DNA of 29,307 nucleotides from Candidatus Zixiibacteriota bacterium (GTDB taxonomy: Bacteria; Zixibacteria; MSB-5A5; UBA10806; 4484-95), in the NCBI GenBank assembly GCA_029932605.1, contig JAOZPT010000030.1, positions 1 through 29,307 of the forward strand. Reading direction: 5' to 3'. Made by a program: the position numbers and the translations under genes. The notes under the pieces are model-generated. The model worked only from the letters and a program-made list of their open reading frames with translations, was not told where the DNA came from and did not search any database. This document shows positions 27,639 to 29,307 of this stretch, piece by piece (position 1 is the first letter of the stretch; every line of letters begins with the position of its first letter).

Positions 27639-29171
27639 TTACCATGAGCTTCCTAATGGTCCAATTTCATTCTCTACAGCCTCCAAGATTTCACATCGTT
27701 TGACGGCATTTGTAATATTGTTGTGGTCCGGATAAAGAGGGCGGTCTTTATCCAAGTGTTTTACTTGTTTTCGAACTGCTGAATGAGCAGCACGAGTTCC
27801 TCTACCGATTGTGAATTTACGAAAATCCAATGCCTGGGTAGCGGCAATAAACTCAATCCCGAGTACGCTGTTAGCGTTCTCCAGAATTTGTCTGGTCTTC
27901 AAAGCACCATTCATACCCATGCTGACAAAGTCCTCCTGGTCGGCAGCCGCTGGTATCGATTGAACGCATGAGGGATTGGATAGGATACGTTGTTCTACAA
28001 TAAGCATACCAGCGGTGTACTGGCTAAGCATGAGGCCCGAGAACATACCTGCTCCCTTGGTCAGAAATGATGGTAGGCCGATACTTAAAGCAGGATTTAA
28101 AAGACGGTTGAGGCGGCGTTCTGACATTACGCTGATCATAGTAATGGAAGCGCCGACCATATCAAGGGGCAGGCTGATAGGTGAACCCTGGAAATTCGCT
28201 CCTGTTAGAACTGTGTTATCCTCAGGTAAGAAAATTGGGTTATCACCAACGCCATTTATCTCTGTTTCGAACTGCTTACGCGCATAAGCAAGGGAGTCCC
28301 TGGCGGTGCCTATGACCTGAGGTGTCGAGCGCATCGAGTAAGCATCCTGTACCTTGACTTTCAACTTGCCGCTGGCTAAATCCGAACCATCTATTATCCT
28401 GCGAATGTTTTCGGCGCACGTTACTGCACCTTTGAAACCGCGCAGTTTGTGTAATCTCTGGTCATAGGGTTTCATATTAGCCATCAGGGCTTCCAGGCTC
28501 ATAGAGGCGGCGATTTCTGCCTGTTTGAGCCAGCGTTCGGTATCTACAAGCTGTAAACAACCCATACCAGCGATGAGGTTGGAGCCGTTGATAGTTGCCA
28601 ATCCATCCCGGGCGTGAAGGCCGGGCACGGGAACGCCAGCCTGTTTCATTGCTTTGGCGGCGGGAAGTCTCTGCCCTTTATAAAATGCCTCACCCTCGCC
28701 CATCATCAAAAGCGCTATCTGGCTCATAGGGGCAAGGTCGCCGCAAGCTCCCACGCTTCCTTTCTGGCAAACAACCGGTGTGATGCCTTTGTTTAAAAGC
28801 TCGACAAGTGTCTGAACGATCTCTGGGCGGCATCCGGAATTGCCATGGCTTAGGACATTGATACGGGTCAACATAGCCGCCCGCACATCCTCAATCGAGC
28901 AGGGCTCGCCGATACCCGCTGAATGGTTATATATAAGATATTTCTGAAACTGTTTGACCTGTTCATCATCAAGCACTATCTCCGAGAATTCGCCAATGCC
29001 GGTGTTGATGCCATACATGACCTCTTTGGCCTCGAGTTTCTTATCAAGCATTCTTCGGCATTGCTTAATCCGTTCCAGCGCTTGTTGAGTTATCTCAATT
29101 TTTTCGTTATATCGGGCTACTCTTTCGACATCCTCTATTGTAAGGTTTTTACCGTCAAGTGCTAAAGACAT
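27639..29171 (-). CDS. hutH: Histidine/aromatic amino acid ammonia-lyase (HutH-like)
   Basis: YGINTGIG, H83, GSVGACGDLAP, QDAYSMR, DNP, GANF, QEDFVSMG. Substrate not certain. Confidence 0.8.
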   Translation of the reverse strand: MSLALDGKNLTIEDVERVARYNEKIEITQQALERIKQCRRMLDKKLEAKEVMYGINTGIGEFSEIVLDDEQVKQFQKYLIYNHSAGIGEPCSIEDVRAAMLTRINVLSHGNSGCRPEIVQTLVELLNKGITPVVCQKGSVGACGDLAPMSQIALLMMGEGEAFYKGQRLPAAKAMKQAGVPVPGLHARDGLATINGSNLIAGMGCLQLVDTERWLKQAEIAASMSLEALMANMKPYDQRLHKLRGFKGAVTCAENIRRIIDGSDLASGKLKVKVQDAYSMRSTPQVIGTARDSLAYARKQFETEINGVGDNPIFLPEDNTVLTGANFQGSPISLPLDMVGASITMISVMSERRLNRLLNPALSIGLPSFLTKGAGMFSGLMLSQYTAGMLIVEQRILSNPSCVQSIPAAADQEDFVSMGMNGALKTRQILENANSVLGIEFIAATQALDFRKFTIGRGTRAAHSAVRKQVKHLDKDRPLYPDHNNITNAVKRCEILEAVENEIGPLGSSW

Positions 29172-29307
29172 CTATAATCCTCCCATTGCAAAACGGCTTA
29201 CCGGAAATTAAGCCAGTAAAAAAACCGACAGAACACAGTCATTGCTTTTATGAATATATATGTTTTATTAAATGTCTTCAATGATTATATTGATATGGTT
29301 GATAAAA

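Overview
AT-rich bacterial chromosomal window with an accessory CRISPR island inside housekeeping genes. Left: a 5'-truncated PD-(D/E)xK-like nuclease ORF, a REP-associated tyrosine transposase (RAYT) with two GTAG-type palindromes (one in-frame inside the gene), and a small ORF plus dinB. Next come the conserved ffh-rpsP-khpA-rimM-trmD-rplS-rnhB cluster, a MATE exporter, an ECF sigma/anti-sigma pair with a divergent small membrane protein, and gdhA. Centre (about 12.7-21.7 kb): an atypical type III-A (Csm) CRISPR-Cas locus. It has an intact cas10 (HD and GGDD), csm3, csm4, a CARF-HEPN effector and cas6. Its csm2 region reads as zinc-ribbon + partial Csm2 + Csm2, split by one extra T. There is no csm5, and cas1 and cas2 are joined by a large deletion. 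The array has 5 repeats and 4 spacers; spacers 3 and 4 are antisense to two homologous versions of the same coding site. Probable gene remnants flank the island. Right: SAM methyltransferase, fused homoaconitase (LysF-like) plus MmgE/PrpD, a metal permease-HMA fusion, and a HutH-like ammonia-lyase with an Ala-Cys-Gly MIO triad. All family calls come from motif recognition; no database searches were run.
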